Below, piece by piece: positions 47,645 to 55,787 of a stretch of DNA of 60,289 nucleotides (positions are counted from its first letter, which is position 1; every line of letters begins with the position of its first letter). This stretch comes from a virus. The notes beneath the pieces were generated by a model, which was given only the letters and a program-made list of their open reading frames with translations, was not told the DNA's origin and ran no database searches. A program made the translations under genes and the position numbers. The stretch is taken from IMG/VR virus record IMGVR_UViG_3300045963_000139. The stretch is one strand, 5' to 3'.

Positions 47645-48562
47645 TTATTGACGCACGTACAAACGGGCCAGAGCTTCGGGTTTCACAACCGCGTAGCCGT
47701 AGACCTGCAAGCCGCGAACGATGCTGCCGAAAGTGGACTCAGCACGAATGGACTCCATGTTGGTCATCTGGGTAGCGAAAGTCAGGCCCATCTTGTGTCC
47801 AGCAAGGATGCTGAAGCACTGGTTACCGGAGTCAATCACGCGGTTCAAGTTGTGGCTGACATACACGGTATAGCGGTCGATGGTGCCGAGGCGACCATTG
47901 CGCAGAGGGGTTTGGCTGTCACCGGTCAAGCTGGCGTCTTTCACGTCAGATTTCTTAATCATGGCAGCGACCCATGCGGGAATCACGATGAAGCGATCGG
48001 ACTCAGGAGCGTTGGCTTCGTCCAGAACCGCGCCAGAGTCAACGATGTAGTCGATGACGTTGGTCTTGGTCAACTGAACGGGTGCACCGGTTGCGCCCAA
48101 GTTGATGTTGCCCGAGATACGGCCAGCAGCAGCACCAGAGTTCAGCGCCGAAATGCTGGGGATGATACCGGTCAGCACTTTGGCGTCGATCTTGATCTTC
48201 ATCTTTTCAGACGCGTCACGGGTCCACGCGTCCATCAGGTTCACGTCGGCCTGAATGCGGTCCACGTCATCTTCCACGGCAGCGAAGTAGTCGCCTTGGT
48301 CGATATTCAGTGTCAGCTTCGGTTTGTCCGGGCGTTCCACCTGCAGTTGCATACCCTTCTGATAATCACGGATGGTGAGTTCAGGGGTTGTGCGGATGTT
48401 GACTTTGTCGCCAAAGCCTGTGATTTCACCGTTGTAGTCGGTATTGGCGATGGCCGCGCAAACGGTTGCATCGTAAAAATTGGCGATCAGCTTGCTAGAC
48501 CAGATTTCAGGGATGAAATTGCCGGTGTAGTTTGCGCCGCCGCCTGCGACTGGAAATGCCAT
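47645..48562 (-). CDS. Major capsid protein (P22-coat-like)
   Basis: N-terminal NFIPEIWS motif as recalled for this coat family. 305 aa. Strong RBS taggag. Immediately follows the scaffold-like gene. Confidence 0.8.
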   Translation of the reverse strand: MAFPVAGGGANYTGNFIPEIWSSKLIANFYDATVCAAIANTDYNGEITGFGDKVNIRTTPELTIRDYQKGMQLQVERPDKPKLTLNIDQGDYFAAVEDDVDRIQADVNLMDAWTRDASEKMKIKIDAKVLTGIIPSISALNSGAAAGRISGNINLGATGAPVQLTKTNVIDYIVDSGAVLDEANAPESDRFIVIPAWVAAMIKKSDVKDASLTGDSQTPLRNGRLGTIDRYTVYVSHNLNRVIDSGNQCFSILAGHKMGLTFATQMTNMESIRAESTFGSIVRGLQVYGYAVVKPEALARLYVRQ

Positions 48563-48588
48563 AGTAGTGCTCCTAAAGAATCAAAAGT

Positions 48589-49566
48589 TTATGCAGCCTT
48601 GCGAACAATGCGTCCGTCTTGCTGCGCCTTGAAAATGTCTTGCTCAAGCGCCTTAAACTCGGCTTCCTTACCAGCATACTTGCCACGACGTTTATCTTCG
48701 TAGAGAGCAGTAATCTCGCGGGGGTCCCAGATACGTCCGGTGCTATCCGTTGGTGTGACTGAGAGGTTTCGCCCGGGGGCTTGCTGCCGTTCAAGTTCTT
48801 GCTTGGCAGAGGAACGAGCGTTCGTCTGACCTTGAGTTCCAGAGAGAGATTTCCAAGTGTTAAAGATGGTTGCCACGCGTCCTGCGTCACCTGCACGCTG
48901 CGCATCGACCAAATATGTCTGACGAAGAATGCCAGTCATGGGGTCGGGCGTCAGCAGCCATTGATGGAACTGCGCGTTTGCGTTAACCTGCTCATAGTCC
49001 GGTACAGCGGTTCCCAGTGCAGCAAAGAATTTCTCCTGCGCCGACTGCTGGTTGTCTTGCGTCAAACGCTGGACTGCTGGCACGACCTGACGCAAAGCGT
49101 CAACGTCCTGCTTGACGGCACCGATGGCACCGGCAAAGTCCTTGAGTTCTTCACGCGCCGCGCGCCGCATCACATCCACCATGTCAGAACCATAGTCCGT
49201 CGTATCCTGATCGGTCAGGAACTGGGCTGTGGCCATCTTGGCGACTGGAGCGGTCTGCAACGTAGACACAAGCTGCTGCAAATGCTGGACCTGAGCCTCC
49301 AACTGTGAACTGCGCTGCTTTTCAGAGTTCACGATACCCTGCAAAGAGCGCCACCGTTGGGCGTAGGTTAAGCTATTTTCATCTTCCTCTTGGCTGTTCC
49401 CCTGCGCTTTGACAGGCGCTACAACTTCTTTGGCGGGTTTCGGTTCCACGTCAGTCACGTTGGACTCTGTACTTGGTTCGGCGGGTTTGCCGGTACCGTA
49501 CTGAGCGTCAACTAACGACTGCGCAGCTTCAATCTGCTTACGAATTTGCTCTGGGATGTTTGCCAT
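48589..49566 (-). CDS. Putative scaffolding protein
   Basis: ORF trimmed to ATG 49566 behind aaggcaaggaa. Q/E/A-rich helical 325-aa protein directly upstream of the coat gene. Confidence 0.6.
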   Translation of the reverse strand: MANIPEQIRKQIEAAQSLVDAQYGTGKPAEPSTESNVTDVEPKPAKEVVAPVKAQGNSQEEDENSLTYAQRWRSLQGIVNSEKQRSSQLEAQVQHLQQLVSTLQTAPVAKMATAQFLTDQDTTDYGSDMVDVMRRAAREELKDFAGAIGAVKQDVDALRQVVPAVQRLTQDNQQSAQEKFFAALGTAVPDYEQVNANAQFHQWLLTPDPMTGILRQTYLVDAQRAGDAGRVATIFNTWKSLSGTQGQTNARSSAKQELERQQAPGRNLSVTPTDSTGRIWDPREITALYEDKRRGKYAGKEAEFKALEQDIFKAQQDGRIVRKAA

Positions 49567-49584
49567 TTCCTTGCCTTTCAATTG

Positions 49585-49794
49585 CTAAGGAGAAATACCA
49601 CGGCCAAAAAGTCCCTGCGAAAGTTCCGTCAGGGTCTGGACGCGACCGCGAAGTACGTCCAAATTCTCTTTCGTGGCGTGCACCATAGCTTCAAGCTCTT
49701 GTTGCCGCCACTCGCGCAAAAACTCCCCAAACTCAGGATACTGCCGTGAGAGCGTGTCAAACGACTGTTTCTGTTCCGGGGAGAACTTGCGCAT
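49585..49794 (-). CDS. Hypothetical protein
   Basis: 69 aa, helical and charged. Confidence 0.55.
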   Translation of the reverse strand: MRKFSPEQKQSFDTLSRQYPEFGEFLREWRQQELEAMVHATKENLDVLRGRVQTLTELSQGLFGRGISP

Positions 49795-49795
49795 G

Positions 49796-50149
49796 TTACT
49801 GGGTCTTGATAATCAAGAACGTGTACGCGCCAGAAGTCGGGGTGCCACCGGTTGCGTTGGACGCAAAAGTGATGGCCAGTGAGTTCGTGGCGTTGGGAGT
49901 GCACTTGGTAATCCAAGTGTTGACGTTGGTCGGATAGCGCACAGCGATCACGATGTCGTTCAACTCGACACCCGGGATACCGGTCAGCGTCTGGTCCACG
50001 TTGGACGACGCGGCGACAGCGGCGGGAGTCAAAGTAACGGTCACCAGCGAGCTGGGGGCTTTTTCAGTTGCCGCAAAGCGACCGGCTGCGGGTACGCCTC
50101 GGCCTTCGCCGATACGCAAGAGGTTGGTGCTGAAGTCTTCGTAACGCAT
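49796..50149 (-). CDS. Hypothetical small beta-rich protein
   Basis: 117 aa. RBS aaaggaaa. Confidence 0.6.
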   Translation of the reverse strand: MRYEDFSTNLLRIGEGRGVPAAGRFAATEKAPSSLVTVTLTPAAVAASSNVDQTLTGIPGVELNDIVIAVRYPTNVNTWITKCTPNATNSLAITFASNATGGTPTSGAYTFLIIKTQ

Positions 50150-50218
50150 GATGTTTCCTTTTGACGGTGACTGGCTTGCGGTTTGCTACCAGAATACGCC
50201 GACATCCGATTTATACCA

Positions 50219-50548
50219 CTAACCCACCGTGTCACCAAGGCCCAGCGTGACGTAAACGTCCGTGGCTGCGCCTGAAGCGATCATGCTGAGCTGAGTGGAG
50301 TTGCCTTTTTCCAGCAAAAGTGGAATCGAGCCTGCGCCGCCAGCCAGTGGCATGGAGCCTGAAGCACCGTTGGCAACAGGAACAGTCGCTACCGCGCCAC
50401 CGATCTCGATGTACACGATGTTGGCTGGGGTCGCGTTGAAAATGCGAATCGTGCCCGGGCGCGCGGGCAGCGTAATTGCCGTAGCTGCGACACCGATGGT
50501 GTACCGCAGCGTGCCGGTGTTGTTTTGAAGTGGGGAAAAGGCAGCCAT
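50219..50548 (-). CDS. Hypothetical small beta-rich protein
   Basis: 109 aa. RBS aaggaag. Confidence 0.6.
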   Translation of the reverse strand: MAAFSPLQNNTGTLRYTIGVAATAITLPARPGTIRIFNATPANIVYIEIGGAVATVPVANGASGSMPLAGGAGSIPLLLEKGNSTQLSMIASGAATDVYVTLGLGDTVG

Positions 50549-50557
50549 GGTTCTTCC

Positions 50558-50755
50558 TTACAGGTTAAACAGAGCGCGCATTTCTTCCAGAAGCTGGTGC
50601 AGTCGGCCGGTGGCGTAGCCTCCGATTGCTTCGATCTCGGCGGTAAGAGCCGCGTGCAGGGGATGGTCTGCAAAATCGGCCTTTGCGGGAGCGGCAACAG
50701 GTGCCTCTGCCATCACAACGCCATCGGGGTTCTCAGGGTTAACGTCATCGGTCAT
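50558..50755 (-). CDS. Hypothetical acidic protein
   Basis: 65 aa. RBS ggagaa. Confidence 0.55.
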   Translation of the reverse strand: MTDDVNPENPDGVVMAEAPVAAPAKADFADHPLHAALTAEIEAIGGYATGRLHQLLEEMRALFNL

Positions 50756-50766
50756 GGTTTTCTCCG

Positions 50767-53028
50767 TTAGTCGATAAGCTCAAGCATTGTAGCCCACAAG
50801 TCTTCGTCGTCGTCAACTTGTTCAGCCCACACATCGTCTGGTTCGTGCACTTGCATGGTGAGTCGCAGGTGCGGAGCCCGCGTCTGAATACCGGCAGTTG
50901 TCGTCACTGAGCGCGTCTCCGGGGCCGGGGCTACTGCGCGCGGTCGTATCGAAGCGCATGCGCTGGCACTGACTGCAACGCACCGGGCTTGTAACGCTGA
51001 GCGGGCTTGTCCGAGGGTAGCGCGCGCCGGAATTTCCGGCTCAACGTACGGCACTTCCACAACCACCGGGGCGACAAACAATTCCAAAATGTCATGCAGC
51101 GCGGGAGGCGGTTCGGGGTTTGTGACACGTGCAACCAGTGGGCGGGCCAAAGTCTGGACGCTGCGCCCGGGAGCGATCGCGCGCTCGTCGCGGATGAACC
51201 GGAGGTTTTGCTTCTGGTTGCGGCGCGGCCGGATGGTAACCACTTCTTCCGGCACCACGATGACATCGGGGCCTTCATACGAATCACCGCCAAGTGATAC
51301 CGCAAAGCCGATCACTGTCCCTGATGCGTCCGAGAGGTCCTGTCCATCTGTAGTTGCTGAAGTGAATGCAGCAAGGACATCGCCAGCAGCCAAGCTGCGG
51401 TCAGCTCCGTCAGTTGCGGATGACTGCGCCGCTATGGTCGAGGTCCCGGCAGCCGCGCTAATGTCTGCGCCGTCAGCCGCGTCGGCGGTAACCGCTATCG
51501 GATTTGCGATAACGGCGCTGCTTGCATCCGGGCCGTCCGTTGCTGCGCTGGTTGCTGTCGAAGCATTGACCGTGCTGCCGGAAGCCACACTGATGTCCTG
51601 CCCGTCAGCAACCGCAGACGTTGCTGCGGATACCGCGTCGAGGGTAGTGGCTGCCGTGTCTTGTCCGTCTGTTGTCGCGCCGGTCAGCGCCAGAACAGAA
51701 GCAACCGTTGCGCTGGAGAGGTCCGCACCGTCAGTTGTCGAAGCCGTAGCGGCCGATACCACGGAAACTGCTGCCGTAGAAGTGTCGGCACCGTCAGTTG
51801 TCGAAGCCGTACTGGCGGTTATCGCGGCAAGGGTGGCAGTGCTAGTGTCTTGGTCATCCGTCGTTGCACTGCTGGCGGTAGACACGTTGCCCACACTGAC
51901 AGCGAAGTTTGCTATATCCTGACCGTCTGTCGCCGCAGAGGTTGTGGCGTTGATGACAGAGACGCTGGCCGCACTAACATCCTGACCATCTGTAGCAGAT
52001 GACGTGCTTGCTACGGTCGTAGCTATTGTGGCAACACCTGTGTCTTGCCCGTCTGTCGTTGCGCTACTTGCGGCCGAAATGGCTGCTAGGGTAGCCGCAC
52101 TCGTATCCTGACCGTCCGTCGTGGCGGCGCTGACCGAAGTTCCACCACTGAGTGAGGCAGCTCCGATGTCTTGGCCATCCGTGGTAGCCGATGTACTCGA
52201 CACAACTGGCGCAACGGCGGCGCTGGATAGGTCTTGCCCATCCGTAGATGTTGAAGATGCTGCGACTACGACAGATACTGTCGCACTGCTTACATCACTG
52301 CCGTCAGTCGTCGCAGAGGACGCATTTGAAACGTTTGTGAGCGAGAGCGACGCAACACTTAAATCCTGACCGTCTGTAGTGGCCGAAGAGCCCGCAGCGA
52401 TTGCAGCGACCGAAGCCGCGCTTAAATCCTGACCGTCTGTAGTGGCCGAAGAGCCCGCAGCGATTGCAGCGACCGAAGCCGCGCTTAAATCCTGACCGTC
52501 CGTAGTGGCCGAAGAGCCCGCAGCGATTGCAGCGACCGAAGCCGCACTTAGGTCCTGACCGTCTGTAGTGGCCGAAGAGCCCGCAGCGATTGCAGCGACC
52601 GAAGCCGCGCTTAAATCCTGACCGTCCGTAGTGGTCGAAGAGCCCGCAGCGATTGCAGCGACCGAAGCCGCACTTAGGTCCTTACCGTCCGTAGTGGTCG
52701 AAGAGCCCGCAGTGATTGCAGCGACCGAAGCCGCGCTTAGGTCCTGACCGTCCGTAGTGGTCGAAGAGCCCGCAGTGATTGCAGCGACCGAAGCCGCGCT
52801 TAGGTCCTGACCGTCCGTAGGGGCCGAAGAGCCCGCAGCGATTGCAGCGACCGAAGCCGCGCTTAAATCCTGACCGTCCGTAGTGGCCGAAGAGCCCGCA
52901 GCGATTGCAGCGACCGAAGCCGCGCTTAGGTCCTGACCGTCCGTTGTACCGGATGAAGCGTTAGAAGACGAAACTACTAACGGGCTATCTGCAATAGACC
53001 CATCTGCAATTGCGCCAAAGCCGAGCAT
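50767..53028 (-). CDS. Repeat protein with 26 copies of a roughly 21-aa TDGxD unit and a unique 230-aa C-terminal domain
   Basis: 753-aa ORF. Unit SSATTDGQDLSAASVAAIAAG is repeated, near-identical in the first 9-10 copies and diverging afterwards. Confidence 0.8.
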   Translation of the reverse strand: MLGFGAIADGSIADSPLVVSSSNASSGTTDGQDLSAASVAAIAAGSSATTDGQDLSAASVAAIAAGSSAPTDGQDLSAASVAAITAGSSTTTDGQDLSAASVAAITAGSSTTTDGKDLSAASVAAIAAGSSTTTDGQDLSAASVAAIAAGSSATTDGQDLSAASVAAIAAGSSATTDGQDLSAASVAAIAAGSSATTDGQDLSAASVAAIAAGSSATTDGQDLSVASLSLTNVSNASSATTDGSDVSSATVSVVVAASSTSTDGQDLSSAAVAPVVSSTSATTDGQDIGAASLSGGTSVSAATTDGQDTSAATLAAISAASSATTDGQDTGVATIATTVASTSSATDGQDVSAASVSVINATTSAATDGQDIANFAVSVGNVSTASSATTDDQDTSTATLAAITASTASTTDGADTSTAAVSVVSAATASTTDGADLSSATVASVLALTGATTDGQDTAATTLDAVSAATSAVADGQDISVASGSTVNASTATSAATDGPDASSAVIANPIAVTADAADGADISAAAGTSTIAAQSSATDGADRSLAAGDVLAAFTSATTDGQDLSDASGTVIGFAVSLGGDSYEGPDVIVVPEEVVTIRPRRNQKQNLRFIRDERAIAPGRSVQTLARPLVARVTNPEPPPALHDILELFVAPVVVEVPYVEPEIPARATLGQARSALQARCVAVSASACASIRPRAVAPAPETRSVTTTAGIQTRAPHLRLTMQVHEPDDVWAEQVDDDEDLWATMLELID
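52358..52945. repeat. Nine near-identical 63-bp tandem repeats plus a partial tenth
   Basis: Unit cttaaatcctgaccgtctgtagtggccgaagagcccgcagcgattgcagcgaccgaagccgcg starts at 52358, 52421, 52484, 52547, 52610, 52673, 52736, 52799 and 52862, with a partial unit at 52925. Only a few substitutions per unit. Confidence 0.95.
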
Positions 53029-53035
53029 TGTTTAC

Positions 53036-53938
53036 TTACCAACAAGCAACTATAACAAACCCAGGACCTCCTAGACCACCAACCCCTGGAGTTTGACCCG
53101 TTACCGCCCCGCCACCGCCACCGCCACCGCTACCCGGTGCCCCACGACCCCCATTACCGCCAGCGGACGCTGTAGCTGTTGGGAACCCTGAGCCTCCACC
53201 GCCACCACCTATGGATAGGTACAGGTAGGTTGTGGGAAAACTTCCGTTTGCACCAGCGCCGCCAGCTACACCTGACGTACCTGCCGCACCCCCAACAGAC
53301 GCTGTTATATTTGCTCCAGAAAAAACTGACGCAGAATTGCCGCCAGCTGTACTTGCTGCTGCTGACATACCGCCGCCGCCGCCGCCGCCTTGGGTGATTA
53401 TCCCCGATGTTGTTAGACCTGGGGAGCCGCCTGCAGTTGGTGTAACGGCACCACCCGTACCGCCAGCCACGCCGGATATATATGTAGCCACCCCTCGACC
53501 GGCAATTAAATTATTGCCTACACTACCTACCGTACCTGGGGTGGTGGCATTACCAATTGCACCTGGAGCCGACAGTATTATATCACCCACTGCTGGCGCT
53601 AAATTAGAACCAGACCTAGCCGCAAACATACTAGCAACTGCAGTCCCAGTTCCCCCACCACCTCCCCCAACGTAGCATACATCTGGTAGGAACATTGCCG
53701 GTATAAGGAGTGTTGCCTGAGAGCCGCTTCCCCCACCACCTCCCCCAGCAGACGTAGCCCCTGCCACTGCATCAACACCTTTGCCACCCTGCCCAACGGC
53801 AAGTATGTAAACCATGGTAATACCCCGTGGCTTTATCCACGTTTGATGTAGCCCACCTACAGCTGTCATATCACCGTAGAAAATCTGGATATCGCCAGCG
53901 CCAGCAAAAGGTTTAGGCAGATGGTTGAGGTCAAGCAT
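53036..53938 (-). CDS. Glycine-rich protein with poly-Gly runs
   Basis: ORF trimmed to ATG 53938 (TAATG overlap). Five runs of 5-7 consecutive Gly separated by G/A/T/S segments. Ends GPGFVIVACW. Confidence 0.7.
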   Translation of the reverse strand: MLDLNHLPKPFAGAGDIQIFYGDMTAVGGLHQTWIKPRGITMVYILAVGQGGKGVDAVAGATSAGGGGGGSGSQATLLIPAMFLPDVCYVGGGGGGTGTAVASMFAARSGSNLAPAVGDIILSAPGAIGNATTPGTVGSVGNNLIAGRGVATYISGVAGGTGGAVTPTAGGSPGLTTSGIITQGGGGGGGMSAAASTAGGNSASVFSGANITASVGGAAGTSGVAGGAGANGSFPTTYLYLSIGGGGGGSGFPTATASAGGNGGRGAPGSGGGGGGGAVTGQTPGVGGLGGPGFVIVACW

Positions 53939-54402
53939 TAGTATTTGCCCCCTATTGCTACAACTGCCCAACCAGTGGTACCAGCGCCCGTACTTGTACC
54001 AAAAGATACACTTATACGATAACCCGGAGGTAGAGCCATACTAAGGGGTACATCTATATGTACCGCAGCGGTAAGCTGAGACACTGTTACAGCATTTAAC
54101 GTGACCTCGGCTATCTTCCAAGTATTCAATGATGTATTACTTACAAGCGCACCCGAAGTAACTGTAGGCACAGTGTTGGATACATACACCCGCATCACTG
54201 TTAAGACTGGTGATGAGATACTCTCGCACGACAACCTTTGAATATACCCACCGTTGGTCGCATCAGCAGTGAAGATTGGGTAAATCGTACCAGTACCATC
54301 TTGTGCGGTATTAGCAGTTGGGCCAAGCAATGTTGCCGCTGCAAGCGTGGTGCTTTGGATGTCGCCAACTTTGCTGTAGATTGGGTCGTTATTTCCAGCC
54401 AT
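53938..54402 (-). CDS. Hypothetical beta-rich protein
   Basis: 154 aa. RBS aaggaa. Confidence 0.65.
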   Translation of the reverse strand: MAGNNDPIYSKVGDIQSTTLAAATLLGPTANTAQDGTGTIYPIFTADATNGGYIQRLSCESISSPVLTVMRVYVSNTVPTVTSGALVSNTSLNTWKIAEVTLNAVTVSQLTAAVHIDVPLSMALPPGYRISVSFGTSTGAGTTGWAVVAIGGKY

Positions 54403-54411
54403 GATCGTTCC

Positions 54412-54762
54412 TTATGGCATAGCCAAGCCGCGACTCATCGCAACTTGCATACCGACGTTTGCATTATCCAAAAGTTCTGCCGCTGCAGTGCAGAACACGT
54501 TACTGGTGCCGCTCAGGGTTATCAGCGCACCACCGGCGCTACTTGAGCGCACAAAGTCGCGTGTGAGTCCTGTGGTACCATTGAACGTGCCTTTGCCTAC
54601 TTCCCATGCCGAACCGCTAACGATTAGGTACTGGACGATCAACGAGGCACTGCCAAATGCCGTGGCAAAGCTCTGATACCCCGCCACCGCGCCAGCAAGA
54701 GTAACCGCCCCAGTGCCGGTGGTGGCGGTAGTCTCCTGAACACGGTCTGCGATGTACGGCAT
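54412..54762 (-). CDS. Hypothetical protein
   Basis: 116 aa. TAATG coupling. Confidence 0.65.
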   Translation of the reverse strand: MPYIADRVQETTATTGTGAVTLAGAVAGYQSFATAFGSASLIVQYLIVSGSAWEVGKGTFNGTTGLTRDFVRSSSAGGALITLSGTSNVFCTAAAELLDNANVGMQVAMSRGLAMP

Positions 54763-55364
54763 TAAGCACCGTAAGCGGTGATCGTCTGCGAAGTAAAGTT
54801 AACTGTCTGACCGGACACGATGCTGGTGTTGGTCAAGTTCATGTCGCCGCCGAACGTGATGGTCACGCCAGAACCGACACCAGCGGTAGATGACAGACTC
54901 AGCGTTACTGTGGTGCCTGTCGTGGCAATAACGGTTGTACCAGTGAGGATACCGGTGCCGGATACGGTCTGACCCACCGAGATGCCGGATACGGCCGCAA
55001 AGGTCAGCACATTGCTATTAGCCGCTGAAGTAGCGCTGGTTACTATCGTAGACGACTGGAACACGGTGCCTTGAATAACGGCATTGGTCGTGGTGGCCGC
55101 AGCAGGATACCAGCGGAAGTAACCCGCCGTGCCGGTGCCTGCCGCAGTAACGCCAGTGATCGCGTTAAGCGTGTAAACACCGGTAGTGGCAGAACCGAAC
55201 GTCGCATTACCTGCAAATGTCGCCAGTAGTGTGCCGGTATCGGCCGTGGCGCACGTGGCAGGGGCCGCACCGGTAAAGATTTTGCATACGCCGGTAGCGC
55301 CGACATCAGTGGTCAGAGTGCCAATGGCATTTGTACGGTGGGTAACAGAATACTGAAGTGCCAT
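54762..55364 (-). CDS. Hypothetical T/G/A-rich beta-type protein
   Basis: 200 aa. RBS aggag. Confidence 0.65.
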   Translation of the reverse strand: MALQYSVTHRTNAIGTLTTDVGATGVCKIFTGAAPATCATADTGTLLATFAGNATFGSATTGVYTLNAITGVTAAGTGTAGYFRWYPAAATTTNAVIQGTVFQSSTIVTSATSAANSNVLTFAAVSGISVGQTVSGTGILTGTTVIATTGTTVTLSLSSTAGVGSGVTITFGGDMNLTNTSIVSGQTVNFTSQTITAYGA

Positions 55365-55373
55365 GGTGGGCTC

Positions 55374-55787
55374 CTATACGATAACAACGAAGGCGCTGTT
55401 GGGGGTTGGTAGGGGAAATTCTAGCTCGAATAGACCGTTTGATGGTCGTTTGATCGCATCGAACTCAAAAGTAGCCAATACGGCACCGTTGCGGGATGCG
55501 TTGTACACCATTGCACCCGACGCCTCAAACGAGCAACGCTCTACCTTCACGTCGTTAAACGCAAGGCACGCTACACCATCGATTAAGATTGCGCGACGGT
55601 TCACCAGATGAAAGCCGCCCTTGACATATCCGGGGCCGGAAACTTCATTCTTGGTGGAGTACTTGGTTGTCTTGGGGCCGAGATCGGCCTGCTCCGTAAA
55701 AAGGGCAAGGCGATAGTCATCCCCGGGCTGGTGCACGCCGTTCATCATGTCCAGCTTGGCTTGTTCGCAGATGGCTGTGACGATCAT
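55374..55787 (-). CDS. Hypothetical protein coupled to portal
   Basis: 137 aa. ATGA overlap with the portal stop. Confidence 0.65.
   Translation of the reverse strand: MIVTAICEQAKLDMMNGVHQPGDDYRLALFTEQADLGPKTTKYSTKNEVSGPGYVKGGFHLVNRRAILIDGVACLAFNDVKVERCSFEASGAMVYNASRNGAVLATFEFDAIKRPSNGLFELEFPLPTPNSAFVVIV

Noticed and set aside
47612-48703. 363-aa plus-strand ORF antisense to the coat gene
   Set aside because: The coat frame has a clear family motif, a strong RBS and operon context. The antisense frame has none of these and is V/H/D/G-rich in the way shadow frames of GC-rich genes are.
52358-52945. Regular 63-bp repeats that could superficially suggest a CRISPR array
   Set aside because: The units are directly abutting with no spacers, lie in frame inside a long ORF and encode a 21-aa protein repeat.
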